From an uncultured bacterium (GTDB taxonomy: Bacteria > Desulfobacterota_D > UBA1144 > Nemesobacterales > UBA2774), in the NCBI GenBank assembly GCA_963825135.1, contig CAWGRW010000009.1, positions 352,001 to 416,000 of the forward strand: a stretch of 64,000 bases of DNA. The letters are read 5' to 3'. Position 1 is the first letter of the stretch. Each line of letters begins with the position of its first letter. The translations under genes were made by a program, and so were the position numbers. Below, piece by piece: positions 31,053 through 42,545 of the stretch. The notes under the pieces were generated by a model that was not told where the DNA came from, did not search any database, and saw nothing but the letters and a program-made list of their open reading frames with translations.

Positions 31053-34000
31053 TTATTTTTCTTTCCTCTTTCCCTTGGGCTTCGACTTTTTCGCGATGAA
31101 ATTCTTCAGCTCCGCGAGGTCGGGCGCGAGCAGGTCCTTCACCCTCTCGGTGTTGACCCTGGCCACGATGATGTGGCCGATCTCGGTGTTGACCTCGTCG
31201 TATATCCCCATTGCTTTCATCCCCTGAGCCTGCTTCTGGTTGTCGTCGGTCGGGCTCACGTAGTGTACGGAGACCGCCTTGTACCTGTGTATCAGGAATA
31301 TATGGATGAGAGCCATGAGCCTCTTCTTGCGGAACTTGTCTTCGAAGGTATTCTGGTCCCTGATGGAAACGAAGTTGTTCCCCCAGCGGTCGTGTATGGT
31401 CGTGAAAATCGCGTCGGCCACCTTGTTCCCGGCCTCATCGGATACCGTAAGCTCGAGGAGCTCCGAGCCCGAGGTATGCGGCCGGAGCTTTACGCTCAGG
31501 CGTCCCGGTATGCCGTAGTGCTCCGACCAGAGCTCGAACCAGTCCTCCAGAAGCCTGGGCGGGACCTCGGTTTCGACCAGGTGCTGCACCTGTGTCGAGC
31601 CCTTGCCCATCGCGACCGTGGTCGCCGTACGCCCGGAAGAAGCGGCGAGCGCTCCGTCCAGACGGGGCCCTCCGACGAGCGTCTGGGGGGTCCTGTACGG
31701 GGAGTCGAGCAGCCTCAGCTTCCTCTGGAGCCTCGCGAGTGCGAGCATGCCGTCCTGCTTGAGAGCCGTGGCGAACTCCTCAGCGGCGAGACCGTCTATC
31801 TGGTGGCCGCCGTAGGTGATGAAGTCGAAAACATATCCGAGCTTACCGATTTCCTTCGGGAAGTTCCTCATCTCTTCCTCGCTCATGCCCGTCGTGTCCC
31901 AGTTAAAGGACGGCGACAGGTTGTAGGCGAGCATCTTGTCGGGAAACTCCGCGTGTACGGCTTCCGCGAATTCCCTGGCTTCCTCGTAGTTTGCCGTTTT
32001 GGTTTCCATCCATATTAAATCGGCGTAAGGGGCCACGGCGAGCGACTTCGCTATCGCGTATTCTATGCCGCCCTTTACCTGATAGTAGCCCTCGGGCGTC
32101 CTCGACAGCTCGCAGTCCCAGGGCGCCTCTATGCCCATATGCTTCGCCTTGTCCCTCGCGTGCTGGTAGGAGGCGTGTTTCGCGAATTCGAACCACTCCT
32201 CTATGGTCATCCCGAGGTTCCTGCCCTCTTCTATCGCGAACTCCATCTGCTCGGCGACCGCCTGGTCGTACGTCATAAGCCCGGATTCTACTTCCCAGGT
32301 CTCGACGAACTTGCTGGCCGCGTTCTCGAGCGGCTTGGTGATGCTCCTCTCCTTCCCTTCCTTGAGCGCCTGTATGCTCTTGTCGATAATAGGCGTGAGG
32401 CCCACCTTGTCGAACCACTCGTAGACCTCGTCGTACTCGGCGTCGGAGATATTGTAGAGCATAAAGCCGTTCACGTCCGTGATGCCCTTGTCGTAAAACC
32501 TCTTAAGAATCGCGAGATAACAGTTCTTGTATCCGGGTACGGTCGTGACGGTCGCTCCCAATATGAACGGCTGGTCGCGCTCGTCTCCCCTTCCGTCGAG
32601 GAGGTTTGCGGCCTCGGCGTCCGTACGGGCGACGATGATCCCCGGCACTTTCATAATGTCGAGCTGGAACCTCGCCGCGTTCAACCTCTTTATCTGCTCG
32701 TCAACAGGCACGAGCGCCTTCCCTCCCTGGTGGCCGCATTTCTTCGTGCCGGGCTTCTGGTCCTCTATGTGATACCCCGTCACGCCCGCTTCGACGAACC
32801 TCTTTATGAGGTTCCTGACGTGGGCGTCTCCTCCGTGCCCCGTGTCGGCGTCGGCTATTATGAACGGCCTGTAATCGACCTTGGGAGTGGCCTTCCTCTC
32901 CTTCTCCGACATGCGCGACCTCATGAACTTCTGGTTCCGGTCGGCCGTGAGGAGCGCGCGGACGAGCCCTGCAGCCTCATCGGGCACCTGGCTCAGCGGA
33001 TAGCTCGCGAGGTCCGGGCCCGGGTCTTCCGAGAGAGACCCTTTCGCGGACGTAGCCCATCCGCCGAGATATATCCCTTCTATGCCTATGCGCTTCATCG
33101 TCACTATCTGGCCCGGAGAATAGGGCCCGAACGTCGTTATCTGCTCGCCCCGGGCGAAGAGCTCCCGGAGCCTGGTGTAGAATTCCTCGGAATATTTCCT
33201 TGCCACCGTGTAGTCGTTTTCGATAGTGCCCGCCTGCTGCACGACCTGGCGCGCGGAGTAAAGACGCCTTATGCCCTTGAACCTCGGCCTCGCGAACCAG
33301 TCCTTCATCTCCCTCACCTCCCTTTCGAAGGAGTCGAGCTCGTCCTCGAGCGTGGTGTCGAGCCTCGAGTCGGGGAGGAAGTCGAGGTTCTCGGTGATCC
33401 TCGTGCCGTCCTTTTTGAACGCGTCCATGTACTGCTTTATCCTGATTTTCGCCGTCGAGAGGTCGTGGTTGTTGAGGTTCATGTTGAGGAGGTCGATGTA
33501 CCAGGGCGTCTTGATGTTATCGAGCACGTACGTCTCGACGATCTCCCTCGCTATCGGCAGAGTGGTGGGCTTGGAGTCGTCGTGGACGTCCTTGTCCTTC
33601 GCCTGGAGGAGCTTGTCGTATTCCTCGGCGAGGAGCCTCTCGAAGAGGTCCGAGGTGTATATGTCCCCCGCCTTTACACCGGTCTCGCTATCGTCCTCGG
33701 TCAGTACCGCGCCCTTGTCCACCCATTCCCAGAGAATGCTCAGGCGTATCTCGCCCGTAGCCATGTCTTCCATCAAGTACAGTATGTCGTCGTTGCCGAA
33801 GAAATCGGCCGGCTTGAGCGCCGCCGCCTGAAAACCCTGTCCGAAAGCGTTCCCGTACTGAAGGGCGACCGACATCAGGTTCCTTGCCCCCCTTATAGTC
33901 CGGGGCGCCGGCTCGAGCAGAGTGAGCCCGTCCGCGTCTTCGTCGGTATAGGTGAGCGGCGGGAATTTCCTTCCCATCTGGTTTTCCTGCCCCGCTTCTT

Positions 34001-35300
34001 CCCATACGGGCCTGATTATATGCACCATCTTCCAGTGCGCGACCCACTTCCCGCTCGCCCCCTCCTGCTGCTCACGCTTGGCCCCTTCGACCGCTTTCTT
34101 CATGCTTTCTTTTACGCCTTTATCCGAGCCTACGGGGATGTTGGGCTCCATGCCGCCCTGCCACAGCGCGTAGTTGTGGTTGACTCCGGGCGTGTTTACT
34201 GCTCTCCTGACCCGGTCCTCGTAATTCCTCATATAGCCGTACGTCATCGTTATCGATTCTATGTTCGGGTTAATGAACGACTGGTCCCACGCCATGGCGT
34301 CGGACACGCTGTTTATGTAATCCCACCTGCCGGTGTTGAACCCCACAAAATGTCTGCCCAGGGCCGCGCGTATCTCCATCAGCTGGAACGTGGCTTCGAG
34401 CTGCTCGATGAGGACGTACACCTTGATCGTGCCTAACGGGATGCTCAGGTGGTCCTCGAGCGCCGAAAGGAGCTCGTTCCAAAAGGCGGCCTCTTCAGCC
34501 GTCTGTATTTTGGGAAGGTACAGCACCACCGACGAGCCCGACTTATCGAGCTCCTGATAGTTATTTACGACGTAAAGGACGACGTCCACGATGGATGCCG
34601 AAAGCATGAGCCCGTTCTCGTCCCTGATGTGCCTGTCGTCGAGGTGGAGCCCCCTGGCCCTGAATATCTTGGTCGTGAAGTCGAGCTGTTTTCTCCAGTC
34701 TATGATTATGTCCCGCCCCAGAAACCCCTTCGCCCATTCGTTCATCTCGCGGGAGACCTGCTCGGCGACGTTCATGAACATGGGGTCTTTCCTGATGGCA
34801 AGCTTCAGATTCCTCTGGTTGTCGAGCGACATGGTGTTGATCTGACCGAGGGCGTCCTCGCCGTCGAACATCCAGCCGTCAGCGCCCGACAGCAGCGCGT
34901 ATGCGACGTTGCGTATGCTCTTGTCTATGGACGTATTCGGCTTGGCGGCCGGGCCCGTGCCCTGTACCCACTGCCTTTGGAGGTCGTGCGGCACTTCGGA
35001 GCCCACGAACTTGCCGTCCCGCGCGTCCTGCACCTTTATATTGGTGCGGGGAATGAAATCCGCCGGGTTGAGGAACCTTATCCTCTCCCTGTTGCGGTTG
35101 CGCTGCGCGCGCCTCGCGTACCGCTTTTCCATCAGCATCTTCTGGTCTTTATTGAATACCGAAAGCGCCTTTAGGGCTTCGAGTACCTGCGGCGTGTATA
35201 CGTCCGCATATTCGCTCTCGAGGTTGTTCCTTATCTGCAGATTCCTCGGGGCGGATACTGCCTTGAACGGCTGTTTAGAAATATCACGAACGGTGCTCAT
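31053..35300 (-). CDS. Bifunctional malate synthase - isocitrate lyase (ICL2-type) fusion
   Basis: N-half: [35 protein letters not shown] (malate synthase). C-half: [37 protein letters not shown] (ICL) plus ICL2-like C-terminal extension. Confidence 0.9.
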   Translation of the reverse strand: MSTVRDISKQPFKAVSAPRNLQIRNNLESEYADVYTPQVLEALKALSVFNKDQKMLMEKRYARRAQRNRNRERIRFLNPADFIPRTNIKVQDARDGKFVGSEVPHDLQRQWVQGTGPAAKPNTSIDKSIRNVAYALLSGADGWMFDGEDALGQINTMSLDNQRNLKLAIRKDPMFMNVAEQVSREMNEWAKGFLGRDIIIDWRKQLDFTTKIFRARGLHLDDRHIRDENGLMLSASIVDVVLYVVNNYQELDKSGSSVVLYLPKIQTAEEAAFWNELLSALEDHLSIPLGTIKVYVLIEQLEATFQLMEIRAALGRHFVGFNTGRWDYINSVSDAMAWDQSFINPNIESITMTYGYMRNYEDRVRRAVNTPGVNHNYALWQGGMEPNIPVGSDKGVKESMKKAVEGAKREQQEGASGKWVAHWKMVHIIRPVWEEAGQENQMGRKFPPLTYTDEDADGLTLLEPAPRTIRGARNLMSVALQYGNAFGQGFQAAALKPADFFGNDDILYLMEDMATGEIRLSILWEWVDKGAVLTEDDSETGVKAGDIYTSDLFERLLAEEYDKLLQAKDKDVHDDSKPTTLPIAREIVETYVLDNIKTPWYIDLLNMNLNNHDLSTAKIRIKQYMDAFKKDGTRITENLDFLPDSRLDTTLEDELDSFEREVREMKDWFARPRFKGIRRLYSARQVVQQAGTIENDYTVARKYSEEFYTRLRELFARGEQITTFGPYSPGQIVTMKRIGIEGIYLGGWATSAKGSLSEDPGPDLASYPLSQVPDEAAGLVRALLTADRNQKFMRSRMSEKERKATPKVDYRPFIIADADTGHGGDAHVRNLIKRFVEAGVTGYHIEDQKPGTKKCGHQGGKALVPVDEQIKRLNAARFQLDIMKVPGIIVARTDAEAANLLDGRGDERDQPFILGATVTTVPGYKNCYLAILKRFYDKGITDVNGFMLYNISDAEYDEVYEWFDKVGLTPIIDKSIQALKEGKERSITKPLENAASKFVETWEVESGLMTYDQAVAEQMEFAIEEGRNLGMTIEEWFEFAKHASYQHARDKAKHMGIEAPWDCELSRTPEGYYQVKGGIEYAIAKSLAVAPYADLIWMETKTANYEEAREFAEAVHAEFPDKMLAYNLSPSFNWDTTGMSEEEMRNFPKEIGKLGYVFDFITYGGHQIDGLAAEEFATALKQDGMLALARLQRKLRLLDSPYRTPQTLVGGPRLDGALAASSGRTATTVAMGKGSTQVQHLVETEVPPRLLEDWFELWSEHYGIPGRLSVKLRPHTSGSELLELTVSDEAGNKVADAIFTTIHDRWGNNFVSIRDQNTFEDKFRKKRLMALIHIFLIHRYKAVSVHYVSPTDDNQKQAQGMKAMGIYDEVNTEIGHIIVARVNTERVKDLLAPDLAELKNFIAKKSKPKGKRKEK

Positions 35301-35633
35301 GTCGCTCCTTCTCCTTGGTTGACTTTGTGCTGTGCAAAAATATTATAAAAGGGAACCATCATTATAATACACCCGGTCTTCAAATCAAACAAAAACGAAC
35401 TATCTAGCCGTATTTATTGAATATTAATTCGTGCTCGACAATATTTACGCCCGGGTGGGAACTTTCGAATTGTTGTGCGCCGCACAATACATACCGTGTA
35501 AGTATATAATACCGAACCCTGCCCCTTAAAAACATTTTACCCGTTTTTAAGCCCTTGTGAATCGCCCGGGGATAATTTTTCGATTTCTGGGTTGATCTCG
35601 ATATTACGACCATTGCCCTATCTAAATCCCCCT

Positions 35634-35725
35634 TAATCTGGTTTCAAATACCCTGTCGCTTCGATCAAGGGATTTCTTTGCTTTTAATCATCTCCGACCA
35701 ATTCCTCCGATTTGTCGGAATTGTT
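35634..35725 (+). mobile_element. Solo 92-nt hairpin-GTT element inside a REP-like palindrome
   Basis: TAATCTGGTTTCA...GACC-AATTCC(TCCGATTTGTC)GGAATT-GTT between AAATCCCCCT and CCCCTTTTCCAAAGGGGGA. Confidence 0.65.
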
Positions 35726-35816
35726 CCCCTTTTCCAAAGGGGGAAAGTAATTTTTGATTCCCTCCTTAGAAATAGGAGGGTTAGGGAGGATTTAATTATT
35801 CCTTTAAAAAATAGAC

Positions 35817-35879
35817 CATGGGACAGATGGGACATACGCGCGGAGTATATACCCGGATCATGTGTCCCAATGTCCCATG
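35817..35879. repeat. ~63-bp palindromic element, copy 1 (TGGGACA..TGGGACA-core-TGTCCC..TGTCCCA)
   Basis: Doubled terminal inverted repeats; core GTATATACCCGGAT shared with the copy at 43065. Confidence 0.7.
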
Positions 35880-36067
35880 TGATTCGGGAGGGACGTCCTT
35901 AGACAGGCTCAGGACGAACGGGGCAGGCATAGGAGTATGGAGGGGACCGCGCATGAGCAGACATTGTCTGCCGGCAGTTTTATTTTAGTATTAATTTGAT
36001 CTAAAATACTTTTGTCCCGATTGACGGCAATCCTGATTCATTAATCAATAATCAAAGGAGGCTCTTC

Positions 36068-37534
36068 ATGGGTTTATCCAAGGACATGAGCACAGGCTTC
36101 CGGGCCGGACGCCCGGCCGGAAGAGGGAAACACGTGAGGAGCGGGGCGCATGCGGCGCTTGCGCCCCTCCCCTGCCGGATTCATCATTTTATCATGTCCC
36201 TATTCCTGGCCCTGTCGGTCTTTCCATACGCAGTCCAGGCGGCGGGCGGAGACGAGGAAACCGTCAAACCGGGGGGGATACTAACGCTCGAAGACGCCCT
36301 ATCGACCGCGCTTGAGGACAACCTGTCGATAGATAACGCCATACTGCAGGTAGAAAAGGCGGAGGAGGCGGTCAAGGCCGCCCGCACGAAGCTCTACCCG
36401 GAATTCAACGTAAGCGCGTTTGAATCCTACCACCTGACGGACGAGGCGTTCACGTTCAAGAAGGGGGCTTTCGGCGACTTCCCCGGCATAGGCCCTATTC
36501 CCGCCGAGACTACCAAGATCGCGACCGCGCCCAATTTTACGACGTTCCTTAACGCGACCGTGGCGCAGCCCATCACGCAGCTCTACGAAATATCCCTTTT
36601 CATAAAACAGCGCCAGGTGGAGCAGTCCCTCTTCGGCCAGGAGCTCCGGTCAAAGCAGCAGGAGGTCGCCGAGAACGTCAAAAAAGAGTACTACAACATA
36701 TTGAAACTGGAGAGCGAGCTTGCGGCGGAGAGGGAAAAAATAGTCTTCCTCAAGGAGCTCTACGAGCTCGTCAACAGGTACGTCGCCGTAGGCAGGGCTC
36801 TTGAGAGCGAAAGCCTCGACGTGAAAGCGAGACTCGGAAAGGCGGAGTACGACGAGTTCAAGCTCAAAAACGAGACGGCGACCGAGAAGGAGAAAATGAA
36901 CAAGCTCCTCGGGCGGGATGTCGAGACGGAGTTCAGCGTTACGCCCGTGTCCGGGGCGGAGCCTATTACCGTGAGTCCCAAGCGCGCCGAAGAGCTTGCG
37001 CTCGAGCAGCGCCCCGAGGTGAACGCCGCCAGGCTCAACATCAAATTCGCCGAGAACGACGTTAATCTGAAAAAGGCCAAGTACATCCCCGAGGTCGGCG
37101 TACAGCTCCAGTACACGGCCAACTTCAACATAGACCTGCTGCCCGAGAATACATCGACCGTGGCGCTGTTCGCCAAGTGGGATTTTTTCGACTGGGGGCG
37201 GAGACAGACGGAGATTGCGGAGAAAAGGAAGGCCGTCATACAGGCGAAGAACCTGCTGGAAGAGTCCGAATCCGACGTCGTTATTGACGTCAACACAAAG
37301 ATACGTAAGCTTGAGGAGTCGGCCGCGCTGATAGACGTCACGGAGCTCGAGCAGGCGGCCGCGAAAGAGCGTCTCCGCGTCACCATGGACAAGTACAAGC
37401 AGGACTCAGCGATACTCCAGGAGGTGCTGGAGGCCGAGTCGTCTCTCGAAGAAAAGGACAAGGACTATCAGGAAGCCGTGCTTGGGTACTGGACCTCCCG
37501 CGCGGAGCTCGAAAAAGCGATGGGGGAAGAGTAA
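36068..37534 (+). CDS. TolC-family outer membrane efflux protein
   Basis: LTLEDALSTALEDN, two OEP coiled repeats, WDFFDWG; AAGGAGG RBS. Confidence 0.85.
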   Translation: MGLSKDMSTGFRAGRPAGRGKHVRSGAHAALAPLPCRIHHFIMSLFLALSVFPYAVQAAGGDEETVKPGGILTLEDALSTALEDNLSIDNAILQVEKAEEAVKAARTKLYPEFNVSAFESYHLTDEAFTFKKGAFGDFPGIGPIPAETTKIATAPNFTTFLNATVAQPITQLYEISLFIKQRQVEQSLFGQELRSKQQEVAENVKKEYYNILKLESELAAEREKIVFLKELYELVNRYVAVGRALESESLDVKARLGKAEYDEFKLKNETATEKEKMNKLLGRDVETEFSVTPVSGAEPITVSPKRAEELALEQRPEVNAARLNIKFAENDVNLKKAKYIPEVGVQLQYTANFNIDLLPENTSTVALFAKWDFFDWGRRQTEIAEKRKAVIQAKNLLEESESDVVIDVNTKIRKLEESAALIDVTELEQAAAKERLRVTMDKYKQDSAILQEVLEAESSLEEKDKDYQEAVLGYWTSRAELEKAMGEE

Positions 37535-38653
37535 ATGAACATGAACCGGGCTTACATATACTTTGCTCTGATCGCGGCGGCGGCTTTATGCGCGTGCGGG
37601 GGCGGATACGAAAAGACCGTGACTCCAGTACGGGTCAAGACCGTAAAGCCCGGCGGAACGGACGGCCCCCTCAGGTACACAGCCACCGTAAACCCCTACA
37701 GCCAGGTGAACCTCGACTTCAAGGTAGACGGCTACGTCAGGGAGATACATCAGGTCACGGGCGCCGACGGGCGCGAAAGGGACATACAGGAAGGGGACGA
37801 GGTTGTGAAGGGAGAGGCGCTCGCCTCGATAGACGATACCGAATACCTGTCGAAGCTGATCGAGGCCAAGTCCCAGCTGGGAGAGGCCCAGGCGTCATAC
37901 GCAAAGGACAAGGCCGAGTACGACAGGGCGACGATCCTCTACTCCACCAAGAGCATAACGGTGAACGACTACGACCTCGCGGTGAAGAACTATCAGACCT
38001 CGACCGCACAGGTGGAGGGCGGGAAGGCCCAGGTCATAGGCGCGCAGCAGAACCTCGACTACTGCACGCTGAGGTCGCCTTCGAACGGCGTCATCCTCGA
38101 GCGCGACATAGAGGTCGGGAGCTACGTGAGGCCCGGCTCGACCGGGTTCGTGATCGCTGACGTGACGTCCGTAAAGGTGCTCTTCGCCGTACCCGACGTA
38201 ATACTCGGCGACGTGAAGCTCGGGGAGGAGATGAAGGTCGCGACAGAATCCGTAAAGGACACGTTCTTCAAAGGCAGGGTGACCGCGATTTCCCCCGAGG
38301 CCGGCTCCAGGTCGAGGGTGTTCAACATAGAAATCACCATACCCAATCCCGATAACGTCCTGAAGCCCGGCATGATAGCCTCCCTCGCTCTCGACACGGG
38401 GGGGAAGAGCGCGCCTGTAATCCTGCTCCCGCTCGGCTCGATCGTGCGCTCGTCGTCCGACGGGCGCGAATTCGCCGTGTTCGTTATCGGGGAACGGGAC
38501 GGGAAATCCCTCGCCGCGAAGAGAGACGTGCTGCTCGGAAGCGTATTCGGGAACAGCGTCGCAGTAATCGAGGGGCTCGCCCCGGGCGAGCAGGTGGTGG
38601 TGATGGGGTCGCAGTTAATCCGCGACGGCGAAGAGGTCAGAATAATCCCGTGA
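37535..38653 (+). CDS. RND periplasmic adaptor (MFP) lipoprotein
   Basis: ALCAC lipobox, FKVDGYV, LRSP.NGVI, LKPGM, GL..GEQVV. Confidence 0.9.
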   Translation: MNMNRAYIYFALIAAAALCACGGGYEKTVTPVRVKTVKPGGTDGPLRYTATVNPYSQVNLDFKVDGYVREIHQVTGADGRERDIQEGDEVVKGEALASIDDTEYLSKLIEAKSQLGEAQASYAKDKAEYDRATILYSTKSITVNDYDLAVKNYQTSTAQVEGGKAQVIGAQQNLDYCTLRSPSNGVILERDIEVGSYVRPGSTGFVIADVTSVKVLFAVPDVILGDVKLGEEMKVATESVKDTFFKGRVTAISPEAGSRSRVFNIEITIPNPDNVLKPGMIASLALDTGGKSAPVILLPLGSIVRSSSDGREFAVFVIGERDGKSLAAKRDVLLGSVFGNSVAVIEGLAPGEQVVVMGSQLIRDGEEVRIIP

Positions 38654-38713
38654 TTTTAGAGACGGCGCGCAGTCAGTATTCATAGAGCACCGCAAAAACA
38701 ATAACGACCGCAC

Positions 38714-41700
38714 ATGGCGCACAGAGACGACAACGACATAATCGCCAACACGCACAACACGGCCCGCTTCTTCACCGAGAAGCGGCACATATCCTGGGTG
38801 CTGCTCATAGCGGTATTCGCGTGGGGCGTCTACGGCTGGATCAATATGCCCAAGCGGAAGGACCCGGACATTCCGGTTCTCATAGCGCTCGCGACATGTC
38901 CCTGGCCGGGGGCCGACGCCGTAAAGGTCGAGCAGCTCGTAACGAAGCCCATGGAGGAGACCATAGCCCAGAACTCCTACCTCCACGAGCCGGACGCGGG
39001 AAACGAATTCGCGATAAAGTCCATGTCGCTCCCCGGGATGGCCGTAGTCCAGGTGCAGCTCTCGGAAAACCTTAAAGACACGACCCAACAGTTCAACGAC
39101 ATCAACCTCAGGCTCGAATACCTGAACAACAACCTCCCCAAAGGGGCGGGCCCCATAAAATTCAACAGCGGGTTCGGCAATACCGCCGCCATGATGCTCA
39201 CGGTGGCGAGCCCCAGGGAGAGCGGAGTCGAAATCGCCGTGCGCGCCCGGACTATCAATAAGGCCATAGAGTCCGTGCGCTCGCAATTCCCCCCGGACGA
39301 GGCGAGGAGACGCATGACGATGGTAGTCGCGCTTCCGGGCTCCGTCGACCCCGCGAGCCTGGGCACGGTATTCGAGACGCTATCCGCATCGCTCGCTGAG
39401 GACGGCATAGCGAAAGACCCGCGCGTAATCAGCGGGCCCGGATTCATCGCGCTCGACGCCCTGCCCGAAACCGGCCCCGAGGAACTCCTCGAATACGCGC
39501 GCACGTTCTCTTACGAGAAGCTCTCCCTCTCGAGCTTCCACGTGGACGCCTGGGAGCCGGTTCTGATCGGAGACACCGGGGAGACGGAAAAGAAACTCGA
39601 CGACGACGCCGGGGACAAGTACAGCTACAGCGACCTCGAGGACTACACGGAGCTCATAACCGAGGTGCTGCAGTCCGTGGACGAGGTCTCCATAATACAG
39701 CGCTCGGGCGTGCTGCCCCAGCGCGTTTACCTCGACTACTCGCAGGAGGAGCTCGCCTCGTACGGCATCCTGCCCGCAGATATAAAAAAGGCGGTCAACG
39801 CCCGGAACACCGACCTCCCCGGAGGGGAGTTCGCTATCGGCGGCTCGGACGTGCTCGTATATCCGTCGGGAGAGTTCAAGAACGTCAGCGAGATCGGGAG
39901 CGTCGTGATTTCGAAGACCCCCGCGGGCGTGCCCGTTTACCTGAGGGACCTGTTCGAGATCGTAAGGGGCTACGAGAGCCCGCCCACATTTCTCAACTAC
40001 TACTCGCACAGGGACGAAAGCGGGAAATGGCAGAGGTCGAGGGCGGTAACGCTCGCGGTCCAGATGAGGAAGGGGGACCAGATAGCGAAATTCGGCGCTG
40101 CATTGGATCAGGCCAGGGCCGAGCTTGAGCACGTCATCCCTTCGGACCTCATCATAGCCAAGACCTCCGACCAGCCCGAGCAGGTCGAGGACAACATGAG
40201 CCTCTTCCTCGAGGCCCTCTTCGAGGCGATCGTGCTCGTCGTGCTCGTCGCGTGGTTCGGGTTCCGCGAATGGCGCTCCGCCATGCTCATGGCGCTCTCC
40301 ATCCCGATCACGCTTTCGATGACGTTCGGGTTCATGTATCTGCTCGGCATAGATCTGCAGCAGGTCTCTATCGCGACGCTCATCATCGCGCTCGGGCTCC
40401 TCGTGGACGACCCGGTAGTAGCTAACGACGCCATAAAGAGCAACCTCGCGATCGGCCACCCGCCGGCCGTAGCCTCGTGGCTCGGCCCTACGAAGCTCGC
40501 CCGCGCGATAATGTTCGCGACCCTGACCAATATCGTCGCATACCTGCCCTACCTCATGCTCACCGGCACGACGGGGGAGTTCCTCTTCAGCCTCCCGGTC
40601 GTCATGGCGTGCGCCCTGGTATCGTCGAGGCTCGTCTCGATGACGTTCATACCGCTCCTCGGCTACTACCTGCTGAGAGCGGGGACGAAGCCCGAAGAAA
40701 CGATAGAGCAAAAGAGGAGCACCGGGTTTTACGGCTTCTATCACAGGGTCTGCAAAAATGCGATAGAGCACAGGAAGAAGGTGCTCGTATTCTCGCTCCT
40801 CTTCTTCGCGCTGGGGGGTATCGTCGCCTCGCGCCTCGCGTCCTCGTTCTTCCCGGAGGACGTCGAGTACCTCTCCTACGTAGACGTGTGGCTACCGAAC
40901 GAGGCCTCTCTTTCGCGGACGAACGACATCGCGTCCAGGGCCGAGGAGGTCATAAGGGAGACCGCCCGCGCATATGGGGAGAAGGAGCACGGGAAGGGCG
41001 AGGTGCTCGAATCCGTGACGACATTCGTCGGCGGAGGCGGCCCCAGGTTCTGGTACACCCTCGCCCCCCAGCAGCAGCAGACTAACTACGCCCAGATAAT
41101 CATGAAGGTGAGCGACAAGAACGACACGCCCGCGCTCACGCCCTTAATACAGAAGGCCCTTTCGGGCGGCATCCCCGGCGCTGTCTTCGAGGTAAGGCAG
41201 CTCCAGTTAAACCCGGTCGACTACCCGGTGCAGATACACATCTCCGGCAGATCAGATATTAACTCCGGATACGCGCAGGAGGCCGGGGACATACGCACGC
41301 TCAGGAGGCTCGCCGGAGAGCTCGAGGACATACTGAGGAACGTCCCCGAGACCGCGAGCGTGAGGGACGACTGGTTCGAGGACAGCTTCCGCGTGAGGCT
41401 CGACATAGACCCCGACCGCGCGAACCTGTCGGGCATTACGAACGAGGACGTCGCCGTATCGTCGGCTGCCGGGCTGAGCGGCGCCGAAGTCACCGTGTTT
41501 CAGGAGGGCGACAAGCAGATACCGGTGCTCGCGAGGCTCAGGGCCGACGAGAGGGCGGAGCTCTCGGACCTCCGGAACCTCTACGTCTACGCCTCCGACA
41601 ACGAGCAGAAGATACCGCTCCTCGAAGTGTCTTCGGTGAACTACGGGATGGAGGTTTCGAGGATAATGAGGCGCGAGCATTTCAGGACCATTTCGGTCAT

Positions 41701-42343
41701 AGCCTTCCCCGAGCCCGGAGCGTACCCGTCAACTATACTCGCCAAGGCCGGGGATAAGATAAATGCGTTCATAGAATCGCTCCCGCCCGGCTACCAGGTC
41801 GTGTGGGGAGGAGAAAAGGCGAAGCAGATACAGGGGTTCAGGAACCTCACCATAGTCCTTATGATTTCGGTCCTGGCAATATTCATCGCGCTCGTGCTTC
41901 AGTTCAATAACGCGATAAAGCCTTTCCTTGTATTCGCCGCGGTGCCCTACGGGGTGGTGGGGTCCCTCATTGCGCTTACCGTCATGAGGGAGCCCTTCGG
42001 CTTCATGGCTTTCCTCGGCATAGCGAGCCTCGTGGGCGTAATCGTGAGCCACGTCATAGTGCTCTTCGATTTCATAGAGGTGAAGCACGAGGAAGGGGAA
42101 CCGTTCGAGGACTCGCTCCTCGACGCGGGCATAGCGCGTCTGAGGCCGGTGCTGATAACCGTAGGCGCGACGATACTCGCCCTCTTCCCGCTCGCGCTCC
42201 ACGGGGGCCCGCTCTGGCAGCCCCTCTGCTACGCGCAGGTGGGAGGGCTCGCGCTCGCGACTGTGATAGAGCTCGTGCTCGTGCCGGTGTTCTACGCCGT
42301 ATTCGTTCTCGACTTGAAGATTATAAAGTGGGGGAAAGATTAA
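38714..42343 (+). CDS. RND efflux permease (AcrB/AcrD/AcrF family)
   Basis: WPGA, ALGLLVDD, RLRPVLIT; two 6-TM halves. Confidence 0.9.
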   Translation: MAHRDDNDIIANTHNTARFFTEKRHISWVLLIAVFAWGVYGWINMPKRKDPDIPVLIALATCPWPGADAVKVEQLVTKPMEETIAQNSYLHEPDAGNEFAIKSMSLPGMAVVQVQLSENLKDTTQQFNDINLRLEYLNNNLPKGAGPIKFNSGFGNTAAMMLTVASPRESGVEIAVRARTINKAIESVRSQFPPDEARRRMTMVVALPGSVDPASLGTVFETLSASLAEDGIAKDPRVISGPGFIALDALPETGPEELLEYARTFSYEKLSLSSFHVDAWEPVLIGDTGETEKKLDDDAGDKYSYSDLEDYTELITEVLQSVDEVSIIQRSGVLPQRVYLDYSQEELASYGILPADIKKAVNARNTDLPGGEFAIGGSDVLVYPSGEFKNVSEIGSVVISKTPAGVPVYLRDLFEIVRGYESPPTFLNYYSHRDESGKWQRSRAVTLAVQMRKGDQIAKFGAALDQARAELEHVIPSDLIIAKTSDQPEQVEDNMSLFLEALFEAIVLVVLVAWFGFREWRSAMLMALSIPITLSMTFGFMYLLGIDLQQVSIATLIIALGLLVDDPVVANDAIKSNLAIGHPPAVASWLGPTKLARAIMFATLTNIVAYLPYLMLTGTTGEFLFSLPVVMACALVSSRLVSMTFIPLLGYYLLRAGTKPEETIEQKRSTGFYGFYHRVCKNAIEHRKKVLVFSLLFFALGGIVASRLASSFFPEDVEYLSYVDVWLPNEASLSRTNDIASRAEEVIRETARAYGEKEHGKGEVLESVTTFVGGGGPRFWYTLAPQQQQTNYAQIIMKVSDKNDTPALTPLIQKALSGGIPGAVFEVRQLQLNPVDYPVQIHISGRSDINSGYAQEAGDIRTLRRLAGELEDILRNVPETASVRDDWFEDSFRVRLDIDPDRANLSGITNEDVAVSSAAGLSGAEVTVFQEGDKQIPVLARLRADERAELSDLRNLYVYASDNEQKIPLLEVSSVNYGMEVSRIMRREHFRTISVIAFPEPGAYPSTILAKAGDKINAFIESLPPGYQVVWGGEKAKQIQGFRNLTIVLMISVLAIFIALVLQFNNAIKPFLVFAAVPYGVVGSLIALTVMREPFGFMAFLGIASLVGVIVSHVIVLFDFIEVKHEEGEPFEDSLLDAGIARLRPVLITVGATILALFPLALHGGPLWQPLCYAQVGGLALATVIELVLVPVFYAVFVLDLKIIKWGKD

Positions 42344-42425
42344 ATCTTCATCCTCCCTCCTTTATAAAAAGACGGAGTTAAAAGCATTTTCCCCCTTTAG
42401 CAAAGGGGGATTCAGGGGGATTTAT
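42343..42425. repeat. REP-like palindrome cluster
   Basis: CCCCCTTTAGCAAAGGGGGATTCAGGGGGATTT; same type at 35758-35794 and 57881-57918. Confidence 0.65.
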
Positions 42426-42545
42426 CTTTTCCGAAATTTCGGTACAAATATTCCCGGTAGTGTTGTGGGATTCGGTTATCAGAGTGGGATCTTTTGGGTT
42501 ATATTATAAAGTTAATATGAACCTAAAAAACTTATAGGAGCATTA

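Noticed and set aside
32139..34436. Long antisense ORFs (765 aa here; also 27463-28917, 39380-40771, 23852-24934)
   Set aside because: They are shadows of well-supported genes on the opposite strand in GC-rich DNA and have no motifs.
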